The notes below the pieces were generated by a model. The model had not been told where the DNA came from. It did not search any database and was given only the letters and a program-made list of their open reading frames with translations. From a virus, in the IMG/VR virus record IMGVR_UViG_3300027815_000080, positions 17,358 through 81,357 of that record: a DNA stretch of 64,000 nt; one strand, written 5' to 3'. Within the stretch, counting starts at the first letter, position 1, and each line of letters begins with the position of its first letter. Made by a program: the position numbers and the translations under genes. Positions 16,280 to 24,674 of the stretch are shown here, one piece after another.

Positions 16280-18010
16280 ATGCTCGCCTTCGATGATGGC
16301 CGAAGCCGGGTTCACATCGGCCACGTCCTCGAGGAGCTCGCGGCCCTGCCGGCCGACTCCGTTCACTGCGTGGTGACGAGCCCGCCGTACTACTCGCTCC
16401 GGGACTACAAGGGGCTACCCGACTTCACCTTCGGCGATGGTTGGACTGGCCAGCTGGGACTTGAGCCGACCCCGGAACTCTACATAGACCACATGGTGGA
16501 AGTGTTCCGCGGTGTGCGGCGGGTCCTGCGCCCCGACGGAACCTGCTGGTTAAACCTTGGCGATTGCTACGCCAACACGGGGAAGAGCGGCGGGGGCGCC
16601 CAGGGCGCCCGCTGGCAGGGCATGGGAGGCACTACCGACGAGTGCAAGGGCACGTTCAAGTACGCGCCGCCCGGCCTGAAGCCCAAGGACCTAATGATGA
16701 TCCCGCACCGGGTGGCGGTGGCCCTCCAGGAGCCGTACTACACGGGCCGGATCAAGAGCAGCGATGACCGGATCTGGCTCGCCGCCATGCTGGACGCCGA
16801 GGGCTGCCTCTTCATCCACAAGCGGAAGGCCGGGCAGCACAACGGCCAAGGCTACTACAGGACGAACGACAACTTCGGCCCCGGGGTCGAGATCAGCAAT
16901 ACCTCGCTCGCCGTCATCGAGCGCATCCATGCTCTCGTCGGCCAGGGCTCCATCTGCTCCCAGGGCCCAGAGGAGAACAACCGAAGGAAGCAGCGGCTCT
17001 ACCGGTGGAACCTCCGCACCATCGAGTGCCGAGAGTTTGTCCGGGAGGTCTACCCGCACCTCGTGGCGAAGCAGCAACAGGCCCGGATTCTATACGGCTG
17101 TCTGCCGTCAGGAGAGCGAGCCGAGGCCGCACATGCTGCCCTGATCTCTCTGCACCGCACAGGCCAGTCCGACGTGGACTGTCAAGAGCCACCGTCGATG
17201 TACGAGCCGGGCTGGTACGTAAGGTGCGACATTGTTTGGTCGAAATTGAATCCGATGCCCGAGTCCGTGACGGACCGGCCGACCCGGGCCCACGAGTACC
17301 TCTTCCTGCTGGCCAAGAGCGAGCGGTACTACTACGACGCCGAGGCGCTCAAGGAGCGGGCGGCGTGGCCGGATGGCCCGAACGCTCCCGACAAGATCAA
17401 GAGCCCCTACGGCCAGGGCTTCACGCGCCGCGCAGACAAGCAGGCCGAGACCGGCCTCACGGATCCGGCCGGCCCCGACATGACCAAGGTCGGGTTCAAC
17501 GACCGCTGGAACGAGGCGAAGGACGACGGCAGCGCCCCCGTGGGCCGCAACAAACGCTCAGTCTGGACGATCGCCACAGTCCCGTACCCAGAGGCCCACT
17601 TCGCCACCTTCCCGCCAGACCTGGTCCGGCCCTGCATCCAAGCCGGGACGAGCGAGCGCGGGGCCTGCGCGGCGTGCGGGGCCGGGTGGGAGCGGGCGGT
17701 GGAAATCACGAGGACCGAGCGCACGACCGGCGGCCATAGCCCGAAGCGAGCGAGCATCAACGAGGGCGGCGGCGAATCGTCGTGCCTAGTTAACAACACG
17801 CTCCCGTCATCGGTCACCGTAGGCTGGCAACCCACCTGCGATTGCCCGCCGGGCAACTCCATCCCTGCGACAGTCTGCGACCCCTTCCTCGGCTCCGGCA
17901 CGACCCTCGAGGTCGCGGCCAGCCTGGGCCGGCGCGGGGTGGGCATCGAGGGGAATCCTACATATCTCCCGCTGATCGAGAAGCGGCTCCGGCAAGGGGT
18001 GCTGCTGTGA
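16280..18010 (+). CDS. N4/N6 DNA methyltransferase (beta class) with in-frame LAGLIDADG insertion
   Basis: VVTSPPYY motif IV, WLNLGD, KPKDL, PMPESVTDRPTRAHEY, HFATFP, DPFLGSGTT motif I; alternative start 16271. Confidence 0.92.
   Translation: MLAFDDGRSRVHIGHVLEELAALPADSVHCVVTSPPYYSLRDYKGLPDFTFGDGWTGQLGLEPTPELYIDHMVEVFRGVRRVLRPDGTCWLNLGDCYANTGKSGGGAQGARWQGMGGTTDECKGTFKYAPPGLKPKDLMMIPHRVAVALQEPYYTGRIKSSDDRIWLAAMLDAEGCLFIHKRKAGQHNGQGYYRTNDNFGPGVEISNTSLAVIERIHALVGQGSICSQGPEENNRRKQRLYRWNLRTIECREFVREVYPHLVAKQQQARILYGCLPSGERAEAAHAALISLHRTGQSDVDCQEPPSMYEPGWYVRCDIVWSKLNPMPESVTDRPTRAHEYLFLLAKSERYYYDAEALKERAAWPDGPNAPDKIKSPYGQGFTRRADKQAETGLTDPAGPDMTKVGFNDRWNEAKDDGSAPVGRNKRSVWTIATVPYPEAHFATFPPDLVRPCIQAGTSERGACAACGAGWERAVEITRTERTTGGHSPKRASINEGGGESSCLVNNTLPSSVTVGWQPTCDCPPGNSIPATVCDPFLGSGTTLEVAASLGRRGVGIEGNPTYLPLIEKRLRQGVLL
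16730..17203 (+). mobile_element. LAGLIDADG homing-endonuclease domain (about 158 aa) fused in frame, no intein motifs
   Basis: WLAAMLDAEGC motif; splits the normally contiguous ALQ-xx-GWY-x-R segment; GAGCCG (EP) at both ends. Confidence 0.8.
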
Positions 18011-18336
18011 GGCGCGTCATCGTCGAGAGCCCATACGCCGGGGATGTGGAGCGCAACATCCGGTACGCCCGCGCTGCGGTGCGAGATTGCCTCTTGCGCG
18101 GCGAAGCACCGATCGCCTCGCACCTGCTGTACACCCAAGAGGGAATCCTTGACGACGCGATCCCAGCGGAGCGCAATATGGGGATCGAGGCTGGCCTCCA
18201 GTGGGGTCTGCTGGCCGAATCTTCGGTGGTGTACTCGGACCTTGGGGTCACGCCGGGGATGGAGCGCGGAGTTGCCAGGGCCCGGGCCGAAGGCCGAGCC
18301 GTCGAGTTCCGCAATCTGCCGGGGTGGAGTCTATGA
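18007..18336 (+). CDS. Conserved phage protein, possibly nucleoside-deoxyribosyltransferase-like fold
   Basis: VIVESPYAGDVERNIRYARAAVRDCLLRGEAPIASHLLYTQ...VVYSDLGVTPGM. Confidence 0.65.
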   Translation: MRRVIVESPYAGDVERNIRYARAAVRDCLLRGEAPIASHLLYTQEGILDDAIPAERNMGIEAGLQWGLLAESSVVYSDLGVTPGMERGVARARAEGRAVEFRNLPGWSL

Positions 18337-18572
18337 GAGAGGCGGTGAGGGGCTGGGGCGGCCGCCGCGAGGGCGCCGGGCGGGGCCGAGTCAAGCGTCT
18401 CGACCCAGCCGAGCTCGCCGCCTTCGCCCGCGAGCCCATGAGCCGCGCCCGCGCCGCCCAGTTCCTCGGGACCAGCTGGGCCGTGGTGGACCGGGAAGCC
18501 CGGCGCCACGGCATCGTCTTCAGGATCGGCACCGCCGGCTACGGGATCTCCCGCACCTTCCGGGTCCACTGA
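18333..18572 (+). CDS. Small DNA-binding protein (HTH-like)
   Basis: WGGRREGAGR basic motif, then RARAAQFLGTSWAVV. Confidence 0.55.
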   Translation: MREAVRGWGGRREGAGRGRVKRLDPAELAAFAREPMSRARAAQFLGTSWAVVDREARRHGIVFRIGTAGYGISRTFRVH

Positions 18573-18938
18573 ATGAACGGTTACGACGACTTCCAGCCGG
18601 ACCCGGAACTGCTCGCCGGGCCACCGCCTAGCCGCCGGCCGCAGCCTCAGAGGAGATGGAGCCGGGCCCGGCTGTACGGCCTCGGCGCCCTGGTCAAGCT
18701 CGGCCTGCACCGCCGCCTCGTCTACGCCAACCTGAGTCTCGGCTGGTTCCATGAGTTCGAGGAGTATTGGCGCGAGGCCCTGGGCAACCGTCACCTTCCG
18801 CCCGCGTCGCCGGCGCCGGCTCGACTCCGCCGATTACCAAGGGCTCCTGCCGCCCGTGGTCCCCTTCAGCCGCATCGTGCACCTGATCGCCGAGCGCCGG
18901 CAGATGACCCTCTGGGAATTGTAGTTGACAGGACGTAA
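18573..18938 (+). CDS. Possibly chimeric or disrupted hypothetical gene
   Basis: Protein-like only to about 18790; a different frame (18751-18924) is protein-like afterwards. Confidence 0.35.
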   Translation: MNGYDDFQPDPELLAGPPPSRRPQPQRRWSRARLYGLGALVKLGLHRRLVYANLSLGWFHEFEEYWREALGNRHLPPASPAPARLRRLPRAPAARGPLQPHRAPDRRAPADDPLGIVVDRT

Positions 18939-18954
18939 ACCCTCAGACTAAGAT
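18925..18954 (+). promoter_or_regulatory. Sigma70-like promoter of the TTGAC-N5-GTCAA class
   Basis: TTGACA-N18-TAAGAT; ATG 6 nt after the -10. Confidence 0.7.
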
Positions 18955-18960
18955 CCGCGC

Positions 18961-19170
18961 ATGCCCACCCACGGGTGTCGCTGGCCCTTCGAGAGGGAAG
19001 CGACCTGTCCGGCATGTGGGCGCCGCTGCGCTGTAGACAAGTCCGGGCGCCTCGCCTGGCACGCCAGTCAGCCGCGTCACCCCGGCCGGTATCGTCGCCG
19101 GCCCCGCTGTCCCAACCGTACCGCCGCCGTGGCCACCATCAGACCGCGACCCCTTGAGGTGAGCGCATGA
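18961..19170 (+). CDS. Small zinc-binding protein
   Basis: CPACGR...H...C. Confidence 0.55.
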   Translation: MPTHGCRWPFEREATCPACGRRCAVDKSGRLAWHASQPRHPGRYRRRPRCPNRTAAVATIRPRPLEVSA

Positions 19171-19592
19171 GGTATTCGTCAAACACCGACCTCCAGGCAT
19201 CGGCCGAGCATTTCGAAATCTCATCCGACTCGATCATGACGGACATTCTCCGGGAGCATAAGGCCCGGAAGGGCGGGGCCAAGAAGATGCAGGGGATGGC
19301 CAGCCTGCTCGACATGGACCTGGCCAACGCGGTCGGCAAGCTGACCCCACCGGTCCGGATCTACCGGGTCGGGCCCGCCGGCGAGCTCATCCTGAAGGAG
19401 CAGATCCAGGCCACGACCTTCCGCCGCCGGGCGCTAGAAAGCATCGGGGGCAAGGTCTTTCAGGAGCGGATCGACGAGCTTCAGCGGAAGCGCAGGAAAG
19501 CCGGCCAGCGGTCCAAGGCCAAGAGTCGGGCCGCTCGAATCCGGTTGGGGCTGGCGCGGACCCCGATCGCGGAGGAGGACGATGCTGAATAG
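19167..19592 (+). CDS. Basic hypothetical protein
   Basis: GAGGTGAG SD; ATGA overlap. Confidence 0.65.
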   Translation: MRYSSNTDLQASAEHFEISSDSIMTDILREHKARKGGAKKMQGMASLLDMDLANAVGKLTPPVRIYRVGPAGELILKEQIQATTFRRRALESIGGKVFQERIDELQRKRRKAGQRSKAKSRAARIRLGLARTPIAEEDDAE

Positions 19593-19593
19593 A

Positions 19594-19623
19594 TTGACAC
19601 GGTGGCAATCCGTCCCCTAAGAT
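19594..19623 (+). promoter_or_regulatory. Sigma70-like promoter of the TTGAC-N5-GTCAA class
   Basis: TTGACA-N18-TAAGAT; ATG 7 nt after the -10. Confidence 0.7.
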
Positions 19624-19630
19624 GAACGCC

Positions 19631-20113
19631 ATGAGGTCTGGACCGGCTGAGAACGCCGCCAAGACACATTGCTGGGCCGGGCATCCGTTCGATGAGGTCA
19701 ACACGCATCGGTATCTTGGTATGCGTGTTTGCCGGGCATGCAAGAGACGCCGGATCCACTCGGCTGAGAAGGTGCCTGGTAGTGGTGCTCATCGGTTGCT
19801 GTTGGCGCACAGGGCGAGGCGGAAGCGCAGTAAGCAGCGGAAAATACGGGAATGGGTTCAGCAGTTGAAGGCAGCGACGCCGTGTGCAGGGTGCGGCTTA
19901 CGGCATCCGCACTGGGTGATGGAGTTCGATCACCTAGAACCACGGAACGGAGATGCTAGGCGGAAAGTGTCCGAGATAGTCGGCAAGGGTACTTGGGCAC
20001 CGCTACTGGTGGAGATCGAGCGGTGCGACATAGTGTGCGCCAACTGCCATGCTGACCGGACATGGAGGAGGGCCCAGGAATGTCAGGCGAAGGTCCAGGC
20101 GCTGGCGCTGTAG
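19631..20113 (+). CDS. HNH endonuclease with N-terminal zinc finger
   Basis: THCWAGHPFDEVNT...VCRAC; CAGC...EFDH...EIERCDIVCANCH. Confidence 0.85.
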   Translation: MRSGPAENAAKTHCWAGHPFDEVNTHRYLGMRVCRACKRRRIHSAEKVPGSGAHRLLLAHRARRKRSKQRKIREWVQQLKAATPCAGCGLRHPHWVMEFDHLEPRNGDARRKVSEIVGKGTWAPLLVEIERCDIVCANCHADRTWRRAQECQAKVQALAL

Positions 20114-20274
20114 CTGTCCTGAACCGGGAGATCTCCGTCCTGCGCGGGCGCACCGCGCCGGCCGTCGGGTTCTGGCCGGGCCGGTACGACGCCGACCACC
20201 TGCGCTCGCAGATCGGGAGCGGCGTCTTCGCGAACCTGGTGGGCGTGGGCGACATCCGGATCGAGACCGAGTAG
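20080..20274 (+). CDS. Small hypothetical protein
   Basis: GGAGGAGG SD; GC3 bias. Confidence 0.5.
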   Translation: MSGEGPGAGAVAVLNREISVLRGRTAPAVGFWPGRYDADHLRSQIGSGVFANLVGVGDIRIETE

Positions 20275-20735
20275 TGCTGGACCTGAGCCGCCGCCCCCAC
20301 TACAGTCTCGCGGCGGTCCGGGCCTACTTCGACCTCCTCAAGGGGTTGGTCCTGAAGCGGTGGGACGAGCTCGGCAAGCCCGAGGGCGTCATGTTGGTGG
20401 GGCTCCTGCGTGAGAAGTGGGACGCCGACATGAAGGCCGCGAACGGCACCGCGGCCAAGGCCCAGCGGAAGGTGCTGGCCCAGGGCAAGAAGCTCGCCGA
20501 CCTTCAGGCCGCGCACATCCGGACCCTGGCCGAGCTCCGCCGGATGAACCTCGAGCGCGACGCCCTCAAGGAACTACTCGGCCAGGTTGCTCCGGGCGTG
20601 GCGAAGGCCTGGGCGCTGGTCAAGCAAGTCGAGGAGCGCGGCCGACCACCCGCGCCGCAGACGCTCTTCGGTGGCAACAAGGGCCGCGGCGCGTTCGACG
20701 ACATCCCCCAGACCCACGAGACGCACGGAGACTGA
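20274..20735 (+). CDS. Coiled-coil hypothetical protein
   Basis: GTG overlapping upstream TAG; heptad-rich. Confidence 0.6.
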   Translation: MLDLSRRPHYSLAAVRAYFDLLKGLVLKRWDELGKPEGVMLVGLLREKWDADMKAANGTAAKAQRKVLAQGKKLADLQAAHIRTLAELRRMNLERDALKELLGQVAPGVAKAWALVKQVEERGRPPAPQTLFGGNKGRGAFDDIPQTHETHGD

Positions 20736-20739
20736 AGCC

Positions 20740-20907
20740 ATGCAGGACCAACAGCGCGAGCTCCTCGAGGCCTACCTCCGGGACCACCCGGATGTTCCGC
20801 TTGAGGTGGCTTGGAAGAATCTCCTGGTCTACGGCAACCCAGCCGGATGCCGCACCTGCGACATGGGCGACTGCCCCTATCACGTCCCGCAAGCCCAAGG
20901 AGCCTGA
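20740..20907 (+). CDS. Small hypothetical protein
   Basis: CRTC...C-x-x-H motif. Confidence 0.55.
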   Translation: MQDQQRELLEAYLRDHPDVPLEVAWKNLLVYGNPAGCRTCDMGDCPYHVPQAQGA

Positions 20908-20909
20908 CC

Positions 20910-21398
20910 ATGGGCAAGAAGGGCGGCGCGAAGAAGGACAACCCAGCCCTCTGGGAGCGGTTCCCGGATGGGGAGGCGCTCATCGCCAAGCTGCGCCCGG
21001 CCTACCACAAGCACCTCGAGGGGCTGGCGATTCTGTGCTTCTCGAAGCCGGAGGCCAGCAAGAGCAAGGGCCGGATCAACGTGGCCAAGGCGATGAAGGC
21101 CACCCCGATCCTGAAGGCCGCGCTCCGGCACCACGACGAGAAGATCGACTACCTGGTGGTGGTCGGCCTCGACGAGTTCAAGCCGATGGACGCCAAGACG
21201 AAAGAGGCGGTCATCGACCACGAGCTCTGCCACTTCGCCGGGCCGGACGACAAGGGCAACATGAAGATGCGCGGCCACGATGTCGAGGAGTTCACCGAGA
21301 TCCTCGAGCGGCACGGGGCGTGGGACTCGAGCCGGTACTACTTCGCCAAGGCGGCGCAGGAACTCCAGCTGGGCCTGCCGGGGACCACGGTGGCGTAA
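20910..21398 (+). CDS. Putative phage metallopeptidase
   Basis: IDHELCH zinc motif plus HDVEEF; AAGGAG SD. Confidence 0.85.
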   Translation: MGKKGGAKKDNPALWERFPDGEALIAKLRPAYHKHLEGLAILCFSKPEASKSKGRINVAKAMKATPILKAALRHHDEKIDYLVVVGLDEFKPMDAKTKEAVIDHELCHFAGPDDKGNMKMRGHDVEEFTEILERHGAWDSSRYYFAKAAQELQLGLPGTTVA

Positions 21399-21554
21399 TT
21401 TGAAAGTCGCCCGCGGCTGGAACCGACCGATCGTGGTGAAGCCGACCTGGATCATCTTCTGGTTGGGGTTGGTCCCGATCGCCGCGCCCCTCCTGGTCGA
21501 GCACGTGTGGGGCCGGGTCGCCCTGTTCCGGGCGGCCTGCGCCTTGGTCGCGCC

Positions 21555-21773
21555 GTGAACCCCGAGAACCCCCAAGCCTCTACCATGGTAGAGGAGGTGG
21601 GCGGGAGCGCCGCCGCCGAGCAGGTGGTCTGCTACAACGGGTGGAACGAGCCGATCGAGGTCAACCTCAAGGGCCACCGCTTCGCGCTGGTGACCCACCG
21701 GTGCCGCAAGGAGATCCTCCACAAGGGCGACGAGCACGAGTGCGCGTGCGGGCGGAAGTGGGCGAAGATATGA
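21555..21773 (+). CDS. Small zinc-binding hypothetical protein
   Basis: HRC...HECACG; contains palindrome copy. Confidence 0.5.
   Translation: MNPENPQASTMVEEVGGSAAAEQVVCYNGWNEPIEVNLKGHRFALVTHRCRKEILHKGDEHECACGRKWAKI
21577..21594. repeat. 18-bp palindrome CCTCTACCATGGTAGAGG
   Basis: Read directly. Confidence 0.9.
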
Positions 21774-21931
21774 AGAAGAAGCCCGAGAAGAAGCCGAAGC
21801 CGGTCCAGTCCAAGAGCGTCCAGCGCCGCCTGGCGATCCAGCAACCAGAGAAGCAGGGCAAGCCCGCCACCCACGGGGCCAGCTGCTCGTGCCTCTACTG
21901 CCGCTCCCAGCGGGCCCGGCCCGGCCGATGA
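21770..21931 (+). CDS. Small basic protein
   Basis: H..SCSCLYC; ATGA overlaps. Confidence 0.5.
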   Translation: MKKKPEKKPKPVQSKSVQRRLAIQQPEKQGKPATHGASCSCLYCRSQRARPGR

Positions 21932-22179
21932 AGGCCCCGCTGGTGGAGGTGACGTGGACGGACGCCTGCTCGCATCACGGCTGGTACAAGGACAGCGAGC
22001 TTCACGAGTGCCAAGCCGTAAGAATGACGACGGTGGGCTATCTGGTGCGTCGGAGTAAAAAGGACATTGCCCTGGCTCAGACTAGCTCGCATCACGACGG
22101 TAACCCAGGCGAGGACAAGTGGTCAGAGGTCTGGGTGATCCCGGCGCAGTGGATCAAGCGCGTGCGGCGGTTGAAGTGA
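21928..22179 (+). CDS. Conserved small phage beta-protein
   Basis: VEVTWTDA...GW...TVGYL...IALAQ...IP..WI. Confidence 0.7.
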   Translation: MKAPLVEVTWTDACSHHGWYKDSELHECQAVRMTTVGYLVRRSKKDIALAQTSSHHDGNPGEDKWSEVWVIPAQWIKRVRRLK

Positions 22180-22382
22180 GACCCCGCGGGTCCGACGACT
22201 GGGACCGGGAGTACCGGCAGCCCGACGGCATCCGGGCGAACCACGACATCACCCAGGACGATATGGAGCGGGAGGCGGAGCTCGACCGCTGGCTGGGCTA
22301 CGCCCTCGGGACGCTGGCCGTCCTCGGGGTCTGGAAAGTCCTCGATCTGATCTGCGCCTTCTTCTGGTTCCTCGTCGTCTGA
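22176..22382 (+). CDS. Small membrane protein
   Basis: C-terminal TM segment; GTGA overlap. Confidence 0.55.
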   Translation: MRPRGSDDWDREYRQPDGIRANHDITQDDMEREAELDRWLGYALGTLAVLGVWKVLDLICAFFWFLVV

Positions 22383-22547
22383 TTCCCTCCGCAGAAAAAA
22401 AGTAGCACCCCGCCGGACATACTTCAGGTAGCGTGAACCCTGTGGCAGGACACCGCCCATGGGGCGGGTAGAGACGTGTCAAGGCGGTAGGGGGCGGCTC
22501 GGAACCCGACTCCGGGCCGCTCCCAAGCCCACACAGGGGGAGCGGAC

Positions 22548-22718
22548 ATGCCAGGGATTGCCAGCGGATTCGCCGCGATGATGGCCGCCAAGAAGGACAA
22601 GACCAAGGGTAAGAAGGCCATGCCCGCGAAGATGAAGGCCAAGATGCCCATGAAGGGCATGAAGGGCGGCAAGATGCCCATGAAGGGCAGCGCCCTCGAG
22701 TCCTACGACCGCTACTAG
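22548..22718 (+). CDS. Lys/Met-rich basic peptide (56 aa)
   Basis: MPGIASGFAAMMAAKKDKTKGKKAMPAKMKAKMPMKGMKGGKMPMKGSALESYDRY; GGGGAG SD; not in ORF track. Confidence 0.7.
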   Translation: MPGIASGFAAMMAAKKDKTKGKKAMPAKMKAKMPMKGMKGGKMPMKGSALESYDRY

Positions 22719-23013
22719 GCCTCGTGGACTGGGCCGGGGCTCTCGATGCGGGTGAGCTCGTGATGAAGACGAGCGCAGCGGTGGTCGCCATCGCCTTCGT
22801 GGGCGCCTTCCTGCTCCTCTTGCTCGCCGCGGTCTTTCAGAGATGACCGGCGATGAAGTGGCCCCACTGGCTTCGGCACCGGTGGGGGCCCTGGTATTGC
22901 CCGCGTCTGTACGCCAGTCGGTACGGGGTCTACGCGCTCGAGCGCCGGGTCTGTCGCACCTGCGGCAAGACGCAGATCTCCACCACCACGGCAGTTAGGA
23001 AGGGAGGATAACC

Positions 23014-23214
23014 ATGGACGGCATGGGCTGGGTGAACGCCATCATCGACGCGATCATCGACGGGGTCTACACCGCGGGCTCGGCCCTGCTCGTCGTCATG
23101 GTCTCCAACGGGGAGTACGTCGTCCCCAACAAGGCCGCGCTGTACGCGGCCGCGGTCACCGGCCTGGTCGGCGCCGCCAACCAGCTGCGGGCGCTACGCA
23201 AACAGCCCCGATGA
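23014..23214 (+). CDS. Holin-like small membrane protein
   Basis: 66 aa, two hydrophobic segments, basic C-terminus, GGAGG SD. Confidence 0.5.
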   Translation: MDGMGWVNAIIDAIIDGVYTAGSALLVVMVSNGEYVVPNKAALYAAAVTGLVGAANQLRALRKQPR

Positions 23215-23582
23215 TCTGGAGGACCGTCGCCGTCTTCTGGCTGATCGGCCTAGCCCTCGTACTCCCGGGCTGCGCGGCGACCAAGAGCCTGTTCACCAAC
23301 CCGACCGGGCTCATCACGATCGAGCGGGCCCAGTTCCTCTCGACCTACGCGACGATCAAGGTCCTCTACAAGAGGCTCCGGGCCCAGGCCGCGGCCGCGT
23401 GCGTGGAGAACGCCCTCCCCAGGAAACTCGACCAGATCGACTGCGCGGAGCTCGCGGCGATAGACCGGAAGGTCAAGGCCCTGGACATCCAGATCCAGGC
23501 CAAGATTGAGGTGCCTGAAAGCGAGATCGACTGGGCCGTGGTCAAGGACCTCCTCGGGGCGATCGTGGGGCTGGTGCCATGA
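23211..23582 (+). CDS. Putative lipoprotein
   Basis: LALVLPG-C lipobox-like. Confidence 0.65.
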   Translation: MIWRTVAVFWLIGLALVLPGCAATKSLFTNPTGLITIERAQFLSTYATIKVLYKRLRAQAAAACVENALPRKLDQIDCAELAAIDRKVKALDIQIQAKIEVPESEIDWAVVKDLLGAIVGLVP

Positions 23583-24034
23583 GCCCCCACTTCCTGACCC
23601 CACTCCGGACCCGGCTCTACGCCCGCGGGCGGTGGATCACCGAGGCCCCGCTGATCTACTGGTCGGGGGTGGCTGACCGCATCATCGAGGTGCCGGCCGA
23701 GTTCATCACCGACTTCGCCAGCGTCCCGCGCTTCACGCCGATCTCCTTCGCCATCGCCGGGGGTCGGGCCCCACAGGCCGCGACCCCGCACGACTACCTC
23801 TACCAGCATCCAGACTGGGAAGACCGGAGCCTGGCCGACGCCATCTTCAGGGAGATCATGGGTGTGGACCAACCCGCGCTCGGCTTCGAGTCGGAGCCTC
23901 CGGCGATCCGGGGCCTGATGTGGTCGGCCGTGCGGTCCTTCGGCTGGTGGCCCTGGAGTCGGAACGAGAAGCGGGCCAAGACCCTGAACCCGATCTGGAC
24001 GGCCTCAGCCTGGCCGGAGGTGCAAGCCGCATGA
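23579..24034 (+). CDS. DUF1353 family protein
   Basis: IEVPAEFITDFASVPR...AATPHDYLY...ADAIFRE.M. Confidence 0.88.
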   Translation: MSPHFLTPLRTRLYARGRWITEAPLIYWSGVADRIIEVPAEFITDFASVPRFTPISFAIAGGRAPQAATPHDYLYQHPDWEDRSLADAIFREIMGVDQPALGFESEPPAIRGLMWSAVRSFGWWPWSRNEKRAKTLNPIWTASAWPEVQAA

Positions 24035-24417
24035 AGAAGATCCTGATCGCCGCCCTCCTCATGGGGATCGCCGGGTGCGCCACCGCGCCGGCCAAGTCCA
24101 CCGCGTTCAACTGCGCCCCGCAGGGGTATGAGCGCTTCGACGGGTGGGAGGCGATCGACCACCGGACTGGGATGGCCACGGCCACCGACACCGGACAGCC
24201 GGTCCAGATCACCTCGATCGGGCTGGCCCGGGGCGAGGATCGGCTGGTACTCGTCTTCATGGGGGACGCGCTGATCCTGGTGGATCCGAAGCCACAGGAC
24301 CCGAGCGTCCCGATGCTGGCCAACACCCGCTACTTCACGACCGACAACAAGCTCCGAGCGGAGCCGCAAGGCGCCTGCGGATGGCGCGAACTCATCCTCG
24401 GAGGGGAGAAAGCATGA
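24031..24417 (+). CDS. Putative lipoprotein
   Basis: MKKILIAALLMGIAG-C. Confidence 0.75.
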   Translation: MKKILIAALLMGIAGCATAPAKSTAFNCAPQGYERFDGWEAIDHRTGMATATDTGQPVQITSIGLARGEDRLVLVFMGDALILVDPKPQDPSVPMLANTRYFTTDNKLRAEPQGACGWRELILGGEKA

Positions 24418-24674
24418 GCGAGTACGAGTCGATCGAGCCGCAGTTCGACCTCGCCGCGCAGGAGGCCCGGGCCGCCAGCCGCAAGCCGAAGGCCGAACGG
24501 CCACTAGAGCCTGGCGTCGGTGACACGTCGGAGCAGGCCGCGATCCGCGCAGAGTTGGCAGAGAAGGCCGCGCTCGAGCCGGTGCCCGAGGTGCAGGGCA
24601 AGGTGGACCAGGAGCCTGAGCTCCCGCAGGACCCAGCCGTGGCGCCCCCCGACCCCGAGGTTCAGGGTGGGTGA
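24414..24674 (+). CDS. Acidic low-complexity protein
   Basis: GGAG SD; ATGA overlap. Confidence 0.6.
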   Translation: MSEYESIEPQFDLAAQEARAASRKPKAERPLEPGVGDTSEQAAIRAELAEKAALEPVPEVQGKVDQEPELPQDPAVAPPDPEVQGG

